From the IMG/VR virus record IMGVR_UViG_3300037418_000840: a stretch of DNA of 64,000 nt. The stretch is one strand, 5' to 3'. The notes below the pieces were generated by a model. That model made no database searches. It saw nothing but the letters and a program-made list of their open reading frames with translations, and had not been told where the DNA came from. Position numbers and translations under genes: made by a program. This DNA comes from a virus. Lineage: Duplodnaviria > Caudoviricetes. Positions 33,215-42,086 of this stretch are shown in pieces; position 1 is the first letter of the stretch, and every line of letters begins with the position of its first letter.

Positions 33215-34237
33215 ATGAACGATCCACTCTTGCGAGCAAATCGATCTGATTTCATTCGGAATCAGTTGGCGATGTTCTCCGGAGTAAAGCGTGAACAAGG
33301 CAATCGTCTGTTCATACTGTGCCCATTCCACTCAGAGAAAACTCCCAGCGGAAAGATTGACCGCAAGACTGGTCACTTCTGGTGCTTCGGATGCGGAGCC
33401 AACGTTAGCTGGGACGATCTCGCGACGAAAATTGGGTTACAGCCGTTCAAACGGGGGAAGCCGAAGGAAGAAGAGTCCATGAATCTCTTCATGGACAAAG
33501 CACTAGGCGCACTAACTGAGGACGCGCGTTACGAGCGGGGACGCTTCAAGTTCTGGCCTATACCGAAGGGTAAGCGCTGGCGTACGATCCCCACCGAAAC
33601 GTTGATCAAGCTCGGTGGTCGTATGTGTTTCAAGTGGAGCGAAGAATATCAGCGATGGGGAAAGACCAAGTTCATCTACTTGCCCGTAAAGATCAACGGT
33701 GAGAAGCACGGGTATTTCCTCGCCCGTCTAAAGAAGCATCCTGATTACCCGTCGTACATGCAGGCCAAGGCTGTTGGCGAAAGTCATTGGGTATTGACTC
33801 ATGGCCTCTGGCCGTTCGACATGGCGATCAAGCTAATGCGTCGCCTTGGATCGGACACCGTTGTATTGGTCGAAGGTCAGCGTGATGCCCTACGTTTGAT
33901 CCTTAGTGGAATTCCTGCCATCTGTATCTTTGGCACGCAATCGTGGTCTGATTCAAAGGCCAAGCTATTGGAAATTGCTGGAGTTCGTCAAGTGATCTTA
34001 CTGATGGACGGCGATTGTGCCGGACGCGAAGCTACGATAAAGATCGCGCCCAAAGCTCGTCGTCTCCTGAAAGTCAAGGTCCTCAAACTATGGAGCATGC
34101 CCGGCAGCCCGTGGCTTGATTTCGCGAAGTATCGCGAGCCGAGTAAGATGGCGAAAAAACGTGGGGTCTCTTTGTGGGACCCTGGGAACATGCCACAAAC
34201 TATCGTGGACAAAATCAAAGCGAAGTACTTTTCTTAG
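33215..34237 (+). CDS. dnaG: DnaG-type primase (Zn finger plus TOPRIM)
   Basis: CPFHSEKTPS...CFGCG; LVEGQRDAL; LLMDGDCAG. Confidence 0.9.
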   Translation: MNDPLLRANRSDFIRNQLAMFSGVKREQGNRLFILCPFHSEKTPSGKIDRKTGHFWCFGCGANVSWDDLATKIGLQPFKRGKPKEEESMNLFMDKALGALTEDARYERGRFKFWPIPKGKRWRTIPTETLIKLGGRMCFKWSEEYQRWGKTKFIYLPVKINGEKHGYFLARLKKHPDYPSYMQAKAVGESHWVLTHGLWPFDMAIKLMRRLGSDTVVLVEGQRDALRLILSGIPAICIFGTQSWSDSKAKLLEIAGVRQVILLMDGDCAGREATIKIAPKARRLLKVKVLKLWSMPGSPWLDFAKYREPSKMAKKRGVSLWDPGNMPQTIVDKIKAKYFS

Positions 34238-34250
34238 TAGGGGTCACATC

Positions 34251-35015
34251 ATGGCAATTCTCCTTCGTCCACTTATCAAGTACGGACTCATCGCTCTTGC
34301 TGTGCTGGCCGTCTTGTTCGGCACCTACATGATGGGCCGGTCCAATGGTCACACGGCTGGTTATCAGGAAGCGTGGGCCAAGCAGCAGACAACCATTCAA
34401 GCGATGGTCGACAAGGAGAACGCACAGACCAGTGCGCAAAACGCCAAGATTTCGAAGCTGGAGCAAACTTCGTCACAGGTTACACAAGCGGCCGAAGTGC
34501 AGACTCAACAGCAGATCGTGACTGTGACGAAGGTGGTCACCAAGTACGTACACGACAATCCGAAAGTAGCCGCTTCATGTGGATGGGATCCGGCAACTGT
34601 TCAGGCTATCAACGGAGTGTTGGATAGTCAGAATCAATCGACAACCATCCAGAGTTCAACCAAACAAACCACACACGGAGTCCAAAATGAAGTCCAGCCT
34701 CGTATCGTCCGTACTCATTTGCTTGTCGCTCCTGCTCTTCGGCTGCGCCACGCCTCCGGCTCCAGCACCGCTGCCCATCGTTCAACCGAAACAACAAGTG
34801 AACATCGATCCCAGAGCGTTGCGCAAGTGTCCGCCGCTGCCTCAACTGGCAGTAGCGTCTTACAGTCAGGCGCAGTCTTTGAATATCATAGCGGTGTACG
34901 CGACCCTGTACGGAGAGTGTCAGCGTCGGATGTCCAACTTGTCGGACCTGACGTCGGACGCCTTCAATCTGACTCATCAAGTGGATCCGGCACCACTACC
35001 TCAACTCACGCCTGA
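34251..35015 (+). CDS. Putative inner-membrane spanin (Rz-like)
   Basis: N-terminal TM helix, Q/A-rich coiled coil, VTVTKVVTKYV...C motif. Confidence 0.7.
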   Translation: MAILLRPLIKYGLIALAVLAVLFGTYMMGRSNGHTAGYQEAWAKQQTTIQAMVDKENAQTSAQNAKISKLEQTSSQVTQAAEVQTQQQIVTVTKVVTKYVHDNPKVAASCGWDPATVQAINGVLDSQNQSTTIQSSTKQTTHGVQNEVQPRIVRTHLLVAPALRLRHASGSSTAAHRSTETTSEHRSQSVAQVSAAASTGSSVLQSGAVFEYHSGVRDPVRRVSASDVQLVGPDVGRLQSDSSSGSGTTTSTHA

Positions 35016-35061
35016 CGTCAAGCCCGACGAATATCTGAACTCCTTGCCACTTAGTAAATAA
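34687..35061 (+). CDS. Putative outer-membrane spanin lipoprotein (Rz1-like)
   Basis: Signal peptide with lipobox LFG-C, Pro-rich linker, two further Cys; overlaps the i-spanin in another frame. Confidence 0.78.
   Translation: MKSSLVSSVLICLSLLLFGCATPPAPAPLPIVQPKQQVNIDPRALRKCPPLPQLAVASYSQAQSLNIIAVYATLYGECQRRMSNLSDLTSDAFNLTHQVDPAPLPQLTPDVKPDEYLNSLPLSK
35054..35061 (+). promoter_or_regulatory. GTAAATA motif
   Basis: In ACTTA-GTAAA-TAAGT hairpin. Confidence 0.55.
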
Positions 35062-35119
35062 GTAGGCAACCGCCAAGTCGGTCGGTCGATCTCCCAACCA
35101 ACCTAGGATCCACTTTCAA

Positions 35120-36202
35120 ATGAGCAAGAACGAAGAACTCGATGTAACCGATTTCTTGACCGAAGGCAGCGTTTGGCAGCGTAAGAAAGGCAAGCGCAAG
35201 GGCCAAGAAGTGAAACTGCTTCATCTCACCAACTTGCCGCTGATCGAAACGGCCGCAGCCGAAGAGCATCCGGTGCGCGTCGTCTACGCCAACGAGAAGG
35301 GCGACGTACACGACCGCACGGTCGACGACTTCTGCGAAGTCTACCGTTTCCATCATGTGGACGGTAAGCTCGAGGCGCGTCTCAATGCGTTGTTGGCCTT
35401 TGACGAGCCGGAAGACGACGAGGAAGAGGAAGACGAGGAAGAAGACGACGGCGATTCGGATGGCAGCGACGCGATCGATGCTGCGTTCGGTGGCGCGACC
35501 TTGCCAACCGCATCGGCCCAAGAAGTCACAGCAAAGCGTGGCACGTTCGCGGACACGTTGCTCGACGACCTGAGCCGCAACGAGCCGGCACATTCGAACC
35601 TCGACCTCAAGTTCGTGCTTTCGGATATCGATGGATACGCGAAGCCCGCACTCACGTCGGCTGATCTCGAGCAAGCCCTCGTCAGCTACGTGCAAGAACC
35701 CGCGTGGTCGCATGGACTGTTGGCCCACCGACTGGTCTTCTGTCTCAACGACAAGGTAACGATCGCGTCATTGCGTGAAGTGTTCGAACCTTCGGGCGCA
35801 ATCGATACGGTCGCATCGTTCAGCGGCGTGGTCGCTGGTGAAGAGATCGAAGTTCCGTGGACCACCTGGATCGGCGTCTTCCCGGAAGTGTTCCATGGTG
35901 CGCACTACGCTGCGGTCCACGTCGGAACCGAATACGTGGCGAACATCGCCGGAGCCGAAGATGAAACGCCGGAAGAAGACGACGCGACGGATGCTACGCC
36001 TGCAAGTTCGGCAACGACCGAAGCAAGCCCGACGCCTGCGGAACCGGTCGCTGTTCAGCAGCCGGAGGCGGTCAGCGCAGCGCCGGAACCCGTCGTGGTG
36101 CCTAATGCGCCCGCGCCGACTGTTGCTCAATCGCCGGTCCCGGTCCCGGCTCAGGCTGAAGTTGCACCTGCTGCGCCAGCGGCTCCAAGCGTGACGCAGT
36201 AA
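35120..36202 (+). CDS. Acidic protein with Pro/Ala-rich disordered tail
   Basis: 360 aa ORF with strong GC3 bias. Confidence 0.8.
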   Translation: MSKNEELDVTDFLTEGSVWQRKKGKRKGQEVKLLHLTNLPLIETAAAEEHPVRVVYANEKGDVHDRTVDDFCEVYRFHHVDGKLEARLNALLAFDEPEDDEEEEDEEEDDGDSDGSDAIDAAFGGATLPTASAQEVTAKRGTFADTLLDDLSRNEPAHSNLDLKFVLSDIDGYAKPALTSADLEQALVSYVQEPAWSHGLLAHRLVFCLNDKVTIASLREVFEPSGAIDTVASFSGVVAGEEIEVPWTTWIGVFPEVFHGAHYAAVHVGTEYVANIAGAEDETPEEDDATDATPASSATTEASPTPAEPVAVQQPEAVSAAPEPVVVPNAPAPTVAQSPVPVPAQAEVAPAAPAAPSVTQ

Positions 36203-36222
36203 CAAGAAGACGTTCTACGAAG

Positions 36223-36257
36223 ACCCGACCTGGAATTCCCTTCTCGGTCGGGTTTTT
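36223..36257 (+). terminator. Rho-independent terminator
   Basis: ACCCGACC/GGTCGGGT followed by TTTT. Confidence 0.75.
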
Positions 36258-36297
36258 GTGGATTCATACACGAAATTCTACCTTAGACGGAAATAGA

Positions 36298-37332
36298 ATG
36301 AGCCTCAAGATCTCAGCCGGGGACTACGGCATAGCGAAGATGGGTGCCGAAGACGGAAAGGGTAAGACCTTTCTGTTCAAGGCTACTGCGGTTCACAACG
36401 GAATCGTGACTGGTATCCTAACCAAAGACTCGCACATACGGCGGGATCGTGAGCCTATCGAAGTCCGCACCAAAGACCTGTTGGCGGTTCTGGGTGACGA
36501 TCCGTTTCCAGGAAAGAGTTTCGGCTGCGATACGTCCATGATCTATCGTGGCCGCAAGACTCATGACGTCTGGGGTCCAATCTATTGGTTCTACAAGCCC
36601 GAAAAAGAAACGGGGCGTGCTGTAATGGCGGCCTTCGATAAGACGGCTAAGGTCATCACGCGACATGGGTTGGACTTCGCAATCGATCCGTCGACTTGCG
36701 TGTGGGAGATCGTGGTCTTCAACGGCGAGAAGTATGCTGGCATGTACAAACCCTCGCGGAACCCGGACAAGGTTCCACATCGGTTTCATATTCGCCCCGA
36801 GATCATGCAGGCACCAGAATACCCGTATGTGATCTACCATGAATTCGGTCACCATATCCACAATGGGTTTGTCACCAGTCGGAAGCTGAACGCTGCGTGG
36901 GTCAGGCTTTACAATACGAGCATTCGCGTCAAGTCCATACCCAAGGACAAGTCGTTGGAACTGTTGGACGGCCTTCTCTCGTCGCCAGAAAATCGGCCGT
37001 CGGACTATAAGTCCAATTTGAGTGAAGACGACGAATTGGTCTACAAGCTGATTCTCAGGCATATCAGCCGTGACTACAGTTTGTCGCCACGCGAGCTCGA
37101 CTTGCTGTTCGAGGCCGAGTACTATGACGACATCCGCAATGTGTGGCCCACACGCGGTGTCTCGCGCAAGGACTTGGCACCAATCGTCACCGAGTACGCG
37201 ACCAAGAACGTCAAGGAACTGTTCGCCGAAGCCTTCGCCTTCCATATGGTGGGCAAGAAGCTGCCCAAGGACGTGCAGGCCCTGCTCGAGAAATCGTTGT
37301 CATACGCCAAGGCTAATCATGAGAAGAGGTAA
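36298..37332 (+). CDS. Zincin-like metallopeptidase (HExxH)
   Basis: IYHEFGHHIH...YATKNVKELFAEAFAFH. Confidence 0.72.
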   Translation: MSLKISAGDYGIAKMGAEDGKGKTFLFKATAVHNGIVTGILTKDSHIRRDREPIEVRTKDLLAVLGDDPFPGKSFGCDTSMIYRGRKTHDVWGPIYWFYKPEKETGRAVMAAFDKTAKVITRHGLDFAIDPSTCVWEIVVFNGEKYAGMYKPSRNPDKVPHRFHIRPEIMQAPEYPYVIYHEFGHHIHNGFVTSRKLNAAWVRLYNTSIRVKSIPKDKSLELLDGLLSSPENRPSDYKSNLSEDDELVYKLILRHISRDYSLSPRELDLLFEAEYYDDIRNVWPTRGVSRKDLAPIVTEYATKNVKELFAEAFAFHMVGKKLPKDVQALLEKSLSYAKANHEKR

Positions 37333-37334
37333 TC

Positions 37335-37574
37335 ATGCGCGAAATTGTTCCTGGAGTGTGGTCGACAGTTCCACACGGAGGTACAGTGCTCCTAGAGAAA
37401 GGCGATATTGTACCTCTGAAGAAGTCCACGGCCACCAGCCTGTCTGAGGAAGATATGAAGTATATCTTCTCAGCACCAACAGTGGAAGAGGGCGCGCGAC
37501 GTATGTGTGAGATAGAAGATCGAATTTGGTTGGAATTGGTTTTATCTGCGATAGCACCGGATGAATCCAAATGA
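37335..37574 (+). CDS. Hypothetical protein
   Basis: GAGG RBS. Confidence 0.6.
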   Translation: MREIVPGVWSTVPHGGTVLLEKGDIVPLKKSTATSLSEEDMKYIFSAPTVEEGARRMCEIEDRIWLELVLSAIAPDESK

Positions 37575-37756
37575 AGATGCCGCCCCTACGCAAGCCCGGG
37601 ACCCTTAGGGCGATCGACGCGCTCTACATAGAAGCTGCTCCAGATGATGAGCAACGCCAACAGCGAATACGGGACGTCAACGAACGTCTTGCACTTGAAC
37701 TCTACTTCAATACCACGGATCTGCAATGTATAGAATCGATGCTCAGGGACGAGTGA
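37571..37756 (+). CDS. Hypothetical protein
   Basis: ATGA overlap. Confidence 0.55.
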   Translation: MKMPPLRKPGTLRAIDALYIEAAPDDEQRQQRIRDVNERLALELYFNTTDLQCIESMLRDE

Positions 37757-38031
37757 TCGTTGACTATTGGCCGCCCTTCCGTCGTGCAGTAGAAGCGGCT
37801 ATGAAAGACCTCAAGATCGAGATGGAGCCCGGAGGCGTTCCACAGAATGTGTGGAACATAGGGGTCGCCACTGCAGTCCAATATCTGGAGCAGCAGCGGC
37901 CTAAGTGTTTCGAGTGTACAGTCCCACTCCACGGCAATGACATTCGATGTCTCGACTGTCGCATGGTCTTTTGTCCCGGATGCGCTGCCCGCCATTTCTG
38001 GCCCAATGGGAGGCCCGAGAATGTTCGTTAG
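37753..38031 (+). CDS. Zn-finger hypothetical protein
   Basis: GTGA overlap; CFEC, CLDC, CPGC..H (B-box-like). Confidence 0.65.
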   Translation: MIVDYWPPFRRAVEAAMKDLKIEMEPGGVPQNVWNIGVATAVQYLEQQRPKCFECTVPLHGNDIRCLDCRMVFCPGCAARHFWPNGRPENVR

Positions 38032-38254
38032 CTCGCCTACATACCTGACGTGCCCGCGCTGCTACGTGATAATTCAGGTGTCGGGCTGCTCTCATTCGTG
38101 TACGTCTACCGCTGGATACTTCAATCAGGTGACGACGGCCACTCTATCAATTCCTACGTCGCCGCGTAATAGAGAGGGCACCGGTCGGCCTAAGAACAAG
38201 CCCTACTATCGCGCGTTCGAGAAACAGCGTCCGCCAAAGAGGATCCGAAAGTAA
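38021..38254 (+). CDS. Small Cys-rich protein
   Basis: CPRC...CSHSC; GGAGG RBS. Confidence 0.55.
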   Translation: MFVSSPTYLTCPRCYVIIQVSGCSHSCTSTAGYFNQVTTATLSIPTSPRNREGTGRPKNKPYYRAFEKQRPPKRIRK

Positions 38255-38454
38255 TGCCTACCATTACCCATGAAGATCTTGAGAGTGATGATCCTTTCAC
38301 GATCGACTTTATGGAGCAAATCCTGGTCGAAGAGGATCGCCGTTTCTTTGAATCGTTACCCGATGTCATTGCGGCGGCCGCGCGCCGTCGTCGTCTGAAG
38401 GCCAATCGCCGCAAGAAGCAGGCTCGTGCTCGCACTGGACGGAGAACCAAATGA
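38254..38454 (+). CDS. Hypothetical protein with basic tail
   Basis: TAATG overlap. Confidence 0.6.
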   Translation: MPTITHEDLESDDPFTIDFMEQILVEEDRRFFESLPDVIAAAARRRRLKANRRKKQARARTGRRTK

Positions 38455-38831
38455 AGTTACTGACCAAGCCCGGCACTGCGACTGAAACAGTGACCATAGG
38501 TGGGACTACGACTGAAACAGTGACCAGAGTCAATATCCTAGGACTCCTAGGTGGTGGCCCCTTGTTTGTCCGAAAAGAAGTAGTCCGGCACTCACCTTCG
38601 TATAGTTTTGCTGGACGAACGACAGTTTCTCCAGTGGTTATCGATTTTGAGAACAGTGAGATCCCGGTTGTAGAACCACCTTCCTCGTGGTCGTCTGAGT
38701 ATCGGAATACTGTCGACTATGACTTGGACTTCGATGGTGTAGTCTATCGTCTGATCAACGTGATACCAATCGAATCGCTAGATCAGAATATCTGGCGCTG
38801 TTCGATCGACCGTTTCGAGATCAATCCATGA
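38451..38831 (+). CDS. Hypothetical protein
   Basis: ATGA overlap; in-frame 18-bp repeat (TETVT twice). Confidence 0.6.
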   Translation: MKLLTKPGTATETVTIGGTTTETVTRVNILGLLGGGPLFVRKEVVRHSPSYSFAGRTTVSPVVIDFENSEIPVVEPPSSWSSEYRNTVDYDLDFDGVVYRLINVIPIESLDQNIWRCSIDRFEINP

Positions 38832-39220
38832 AGCAACACTACAGAGCGAAAGATTTCCCGTTGGATCAGCCGCGATCAAACTTCACCACGATAGCCGACT
38901 TCATGTCGGCTGTTGTTGATGTTCCGCACGTATTGATCGACCGGCTGACCTATGCGTGTCTGGCCAACGAATTCGAGACGGTGCAGGATCATGTACGACT
39001 GGCGTCGTCACGTGCGCGCCAGTGTGGATTCCTGTGCTACTTGGGACCGGCCCTGATCTTCACTGATGCATTCCTAGCGCCAGAGCAGCGTTGGATCAAC
39101 CAAGAACCTTGGGACGATAACGGGCGACCGCAGTACATCAAGGTCGCTGTGCCCAAACCTTTCATCCCATTCACGGAGGTCTGTACCCATGACAACCCTG
39201 GAATCCAAATTCATCGATAA
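38828..39220 (+). CDS. Hypothetical protein
   Basis: ATGA overlap. Confidence 0.6.
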   Translation: MKQHYRAKDFPLDQPRSNFTTIADFMSAVVDVPHVLIDRLTYACLANEFETVQDHVRLASSRARQCGFLCYLGPALIFTDAFLAPEQRWINQEPWDDNGRPQYIKVAVPKPFIPFTEVCTHDNPGIQIHR

Positions 39221-39455
39221 GCTGGAACGCTTCGCCAACGACGGGCGCACCGTCTGTGTCAACTCAGAGATCCTCAAGGGGCTCATCAGTTACGTTCGGC
39301 TCCTGGAGAAAGTCTCCTGGCATGCCGATGAAGCAAGTCCGATCGTGGCGCAGACTTGTCCAGGCAAAAGTCAGTCACTCAACGACAAGATTGCACAAGC
39401 CATTGCAGAAGCCAAGCACGTAAATAACCTGTGTACCACTTTCCTTAAGGATTGA
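39189..39455 (+). CDS. Hypothetical protein
   Basis: Gene-run packing. Confidence 0.6.
   Translation: MTTLESKFIDKLERFANDGRTVCVNSEILKGLISYVRLLEKVSWHADEASPIVAQTCPGKSQSLNDKIAQAIAEAKHVNNLCTTFLKD
39420..39427 (+). promoter_or_regulatory. GTAAATA motif
   Basis: GTAAATAA 31 nt upstream of the modification operon. Confidence 0.5.
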
Positions 39456-39458
39456 ACT

Positions 39459-40178
39459 ATGATCGACCATCCGTGCCCCGAAACACGTTCACGCGTGCTC
39501 CTCATCCAAGGTTTGCCCGGTTCCGGGAAGACGACGTTGGCCCGTCACATCAAAGAGCGCCTCAATGCAGTCCACATCAACGCGGACTGGGCACGCACGA
39601 CCATCACGTCACACTTGGGTTTCAAGTTCGAGGACCGCGTGAAACAGGCAACGGCGCTTGGTCAGATGGCACGATTGATCCAGGACAACGGCCAGTGGGT
39701 GATCGTCGACTTCGTATGCCCATTGCCTCAAACGCGTCACGCCTTCATGTATCACTTCCTCAAGCGCAGTGACGTATTCAGCGTATGGATGGACACCATC
39801 AAAGAGGGTCGCTTCGAAGATACGAACAAGATGTACAAGAAGCCGGCCGAGGATGCATATGACTATCGGGTCTTGAACTATCTCGATGATGACATGTTCA
39901 ACCGCGTGGCTGACGAGATCGTGACCCAAGTGACGGCAGGCCACGCCACGTTCTACATCCGCTACAACACGCTGTCCGACGGCAAGTCCAAGCAGTGGCG
40001 TGTGATCCGGGCCTTGACCGGCGAAGAAACGCTGTGTGATTCATTCGATCTTCGCGGCCATATGGTTCCCGCGATGACCATCGAACACGACGTGCGCAAA
40101 TGGAATGTGGGAGTCACTGGCTTCGGCGCCTTCCTTACCAAAGAAGACGGCACAGTCCAATTCGTTCTCAAGTATTGA
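39459..40178 (+). CDS. Adenylylsulfate (APS) kinase-like P-loop protein with C-terminal extension
   Basis: GLPGSGKTTLA, HINADWAR, EDRVKQ, IVDFVCP, RFEDTNKMYKKP. Confidence 0.75.
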   Translation: MIDHPCPETRSRVLLIQGLPGSGKTTLARHIKERLNAVHINADWARTTITSHLGFKFEDRVKQATALGQMARLIQDNGQWVIVDFVCPLPQTRHAFMYHFLKRSDVFSVWMDTIKEGRFEDTNKMYKKPAEDAYDYRVLNYLDDDMFNRVADEIVTQVTAGHATFYIRYNTLSDGKSKQWRVIRALTGEETLCDSFDLRGHMVPAMTIEHDVRKWNVGVTGFGAFLTKEDGTVQFVLKY

Positions 40179-40185
40179 GGCCCTC

Positions 40186-41310
40186 ATGCTAGGTTATGAT
40201 TTGATCGTTGTCGGCGCTGGTATGACGGGTGCTACCTTCGCGCGTGTAAAGGCCGAGCAGTACCATGCGCGGGTGCTGGTCATCGATCAGCGTCGTCATA
40301 TCGGCGGCAACTGTTACGACCGCTATGAGCGTGGCTTTGGTTTGGTCCACATGTATGGTCCTCATCTATTCCATACGAATAGTGAGAAGATTGTGAACTT
40401 CCTTTCGCGATTCACTGACTGGGTGCCGTACGAGCATCGTGTCCAGGTCGAGGTTCATGGCGAACGCCACCCCATGCCGGTCAACATGGAAACCATTGAG
40501 CGCCTGTTCCCTTCTCACATCGCGGACTCGATGCTCGCCACCTTGACTGAAGTCTGTAACGTGGGTGACACCTTGTCGCTCATGGAGCTTAAACAGATGA
40601 CCGAGCAGTTCAGCAATCTGGTGCCGCTGTACCAGATCGTATTCGAGAAGATCTTCCGACCGTATTCAGAGAAGCAGTGGGGGACGTCGATCGACCGCGT
40701 GGACGAAACGGTTTTGAAGCGAGTGCCTTTACGTCTCAGCTACGACAGCCGCTACTTCACTGATCGGTTCCAAGCTCTTCCTGGGGAAGGTTATACTGAG
40801 ATGTTCAGCAACATGCTGGATCATCCGAATATCCATGTAATGACCGGCACTCCTTGGTCAGCTATCGAGCGCTTCTGGTCACCGCAGGATACACAGGTCT
40901 TCTGGACTGGATCAATCGACCAACTGCTGGACTACAAGTTCGGCCCACTGCCCTACAGATCACTGACTTTCAGTCATGTGTCAGGCCCTGCACTCCCCGT
41001 AGGGACTGTCAACATGCCGATGGACGTACACTATACGCGGGTCACTGACCAGTCGTTCATCAATACGCATCCAGTGCGAGACACGCATCTGCTGACCTAC
41101 GAAACGCCGATGGACTACGATCACACGAATCCTGATCACGTGCCGTACTATCCAGTGGCTGCGGGCAAACACCGATACGAACAGTACGTGGCAGAAGCCG
41201 AGGCTGGCGATCTGCCATATATCTTTGGTGGCCGACTTGGGTCCTTCCAGTATTTGAATATGGACCAAGCGTGTGCTCAGGCCCTCAACCTCGCAGGATA
41301 TAAAGAATGA
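40186..41310 (+). CDS. glf: UDP-galactopyranose mutase
   Basis: YDLIVVGAGMTGA, IGGNCYD, YGPHLFHTN, YFTDRFQALP, PYYPV, GRLGSFQYLNMDQ. Confidence 0.93.
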   Translation: MLGYDLIVVGAGMTGATFARVKAEQYHARVLVIDQRRHIGGNCYDRYERGFGLVHMYGPHLFHTNSEKIVNFLSRFTDWVPYEHRVQVEVHGERHPMPVNMETIERLFPSHIADSMLATLTEVCNVGDTLSLMELKQMTEQFSNLVPLYQIVFEKIFRPYSEKQWGTSIDRVDETVLKRVPLRLSYDSRYFTDRFQALPGEGYTEMFSNMLDHPNIHVMTGTPWSAIERFWSPQDTQVFWTGSIDQLLDYKFGPLPYRSLTFSHVSGPALPVGTVNMPMDVHYTRVTDQSFINTHPVRDTHLLTYETPMDYDHTNPDHVPYYPVAAGKHRYEQYVAEAEAGDLPYIFGGRLGSFQYLNMDQACAQALNLAGYKE

Positions 41311-42086
41311 TCATCAGTCAGCGTTCCAAGTTCGTCTTCATTCATAATCCCAAGGTGGCAGGCACGTCGATCCGCACGGCCATCGGAGACCGTCACGACT
41401 GGTCAACTCATTTCTGGCATCAGGGCTGGTCCGAAGAGGCGCAGCGAGTTGTCGACTTGGCGCACATACCCTATCGTGATCTGCCCGACGATGTTAAGAG
41501 CATTATCAGTCAGTCGTTTACCTTCGGCTTCGTCCGCGATCCGATGTCTCGCTTCTGGGCGTCGCTTGCTGAATTCCGTCGTCAGCATGCAGATTGGGAA
41601 GAACTGGCCAGAATGCCGGCCGAAGGCTTACTGAATCACGTGTTGACCCCGGCTGCCATTCGTCACGACTGGCGATTCACCCACTTCTGTCCACAACACG
41701 CGTTCTTCTACGATGGGCGAAAGTGCGTGGCCGACTTCGTGGGACACCACGAAACATTTGCTCGTGATTGGGCACGCATCCAAGTGATGATCGGCACTGA
41801 TTTCAAACCGTTGGACAATGCCCGCCATCGTGGGACCACTGATGATGAGCCGTTGACCAAGCAGGGGTTCGCTAAGTTCCTCAATCTATACGCGATGGAC
41901 TACGCGCTGTTTGGCTACGATATCCCGGCAGAGCCCAACTTGGATGACGGATATCCTGAGTCAACGCATTGGTCCCGTGTCGAATCCATCCATACGCCAT
42001 ACTTACAGGTCAATGCGGAGCTTGAAGCGCTGATGACCGAAGGGGAGCGTGCGGCCTATAAACAGAAGCTCAAATCCACGCTATGA
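41307..42086 (+). CDS. Sulfotransferase family 2 protein
   Basis: 5'-PSB motif FIHNPKVAGTSI and 3'-PB motif FVRDPMSRFWAS; HFCPQ. Confidence 0.85.
   Translation: MIISQRSKFVFIHNPKVAGTSIRTAIGDRHDWSTHFWHQGWSEEAQRVVDLAHIPYRDLPDDVKSIISQSFTFGFVRDPMSRFWASLAEFRRQHADWEELARMPAEGLLNHVLTPAAIRHDWRFTHFCPQHAFFYDGRKCVADFVGHHETFARDWARIQVMIGTDFKPLDNARHRGTTDDEPLTKQGFAKFLNLYAMDYALFGYDIPAEPNLDDGYPESTHWSRVESIHTPYLQVNAELEALMTEGERAAYKQKLKSTL

Noticed and set aside
38479-38526. 18-bp direct repeat CGACTGAAACAGTGACCA
   Set aside because: In-frame duplication (TETVT twice) within a coding region; no sign of a regulatory or att role
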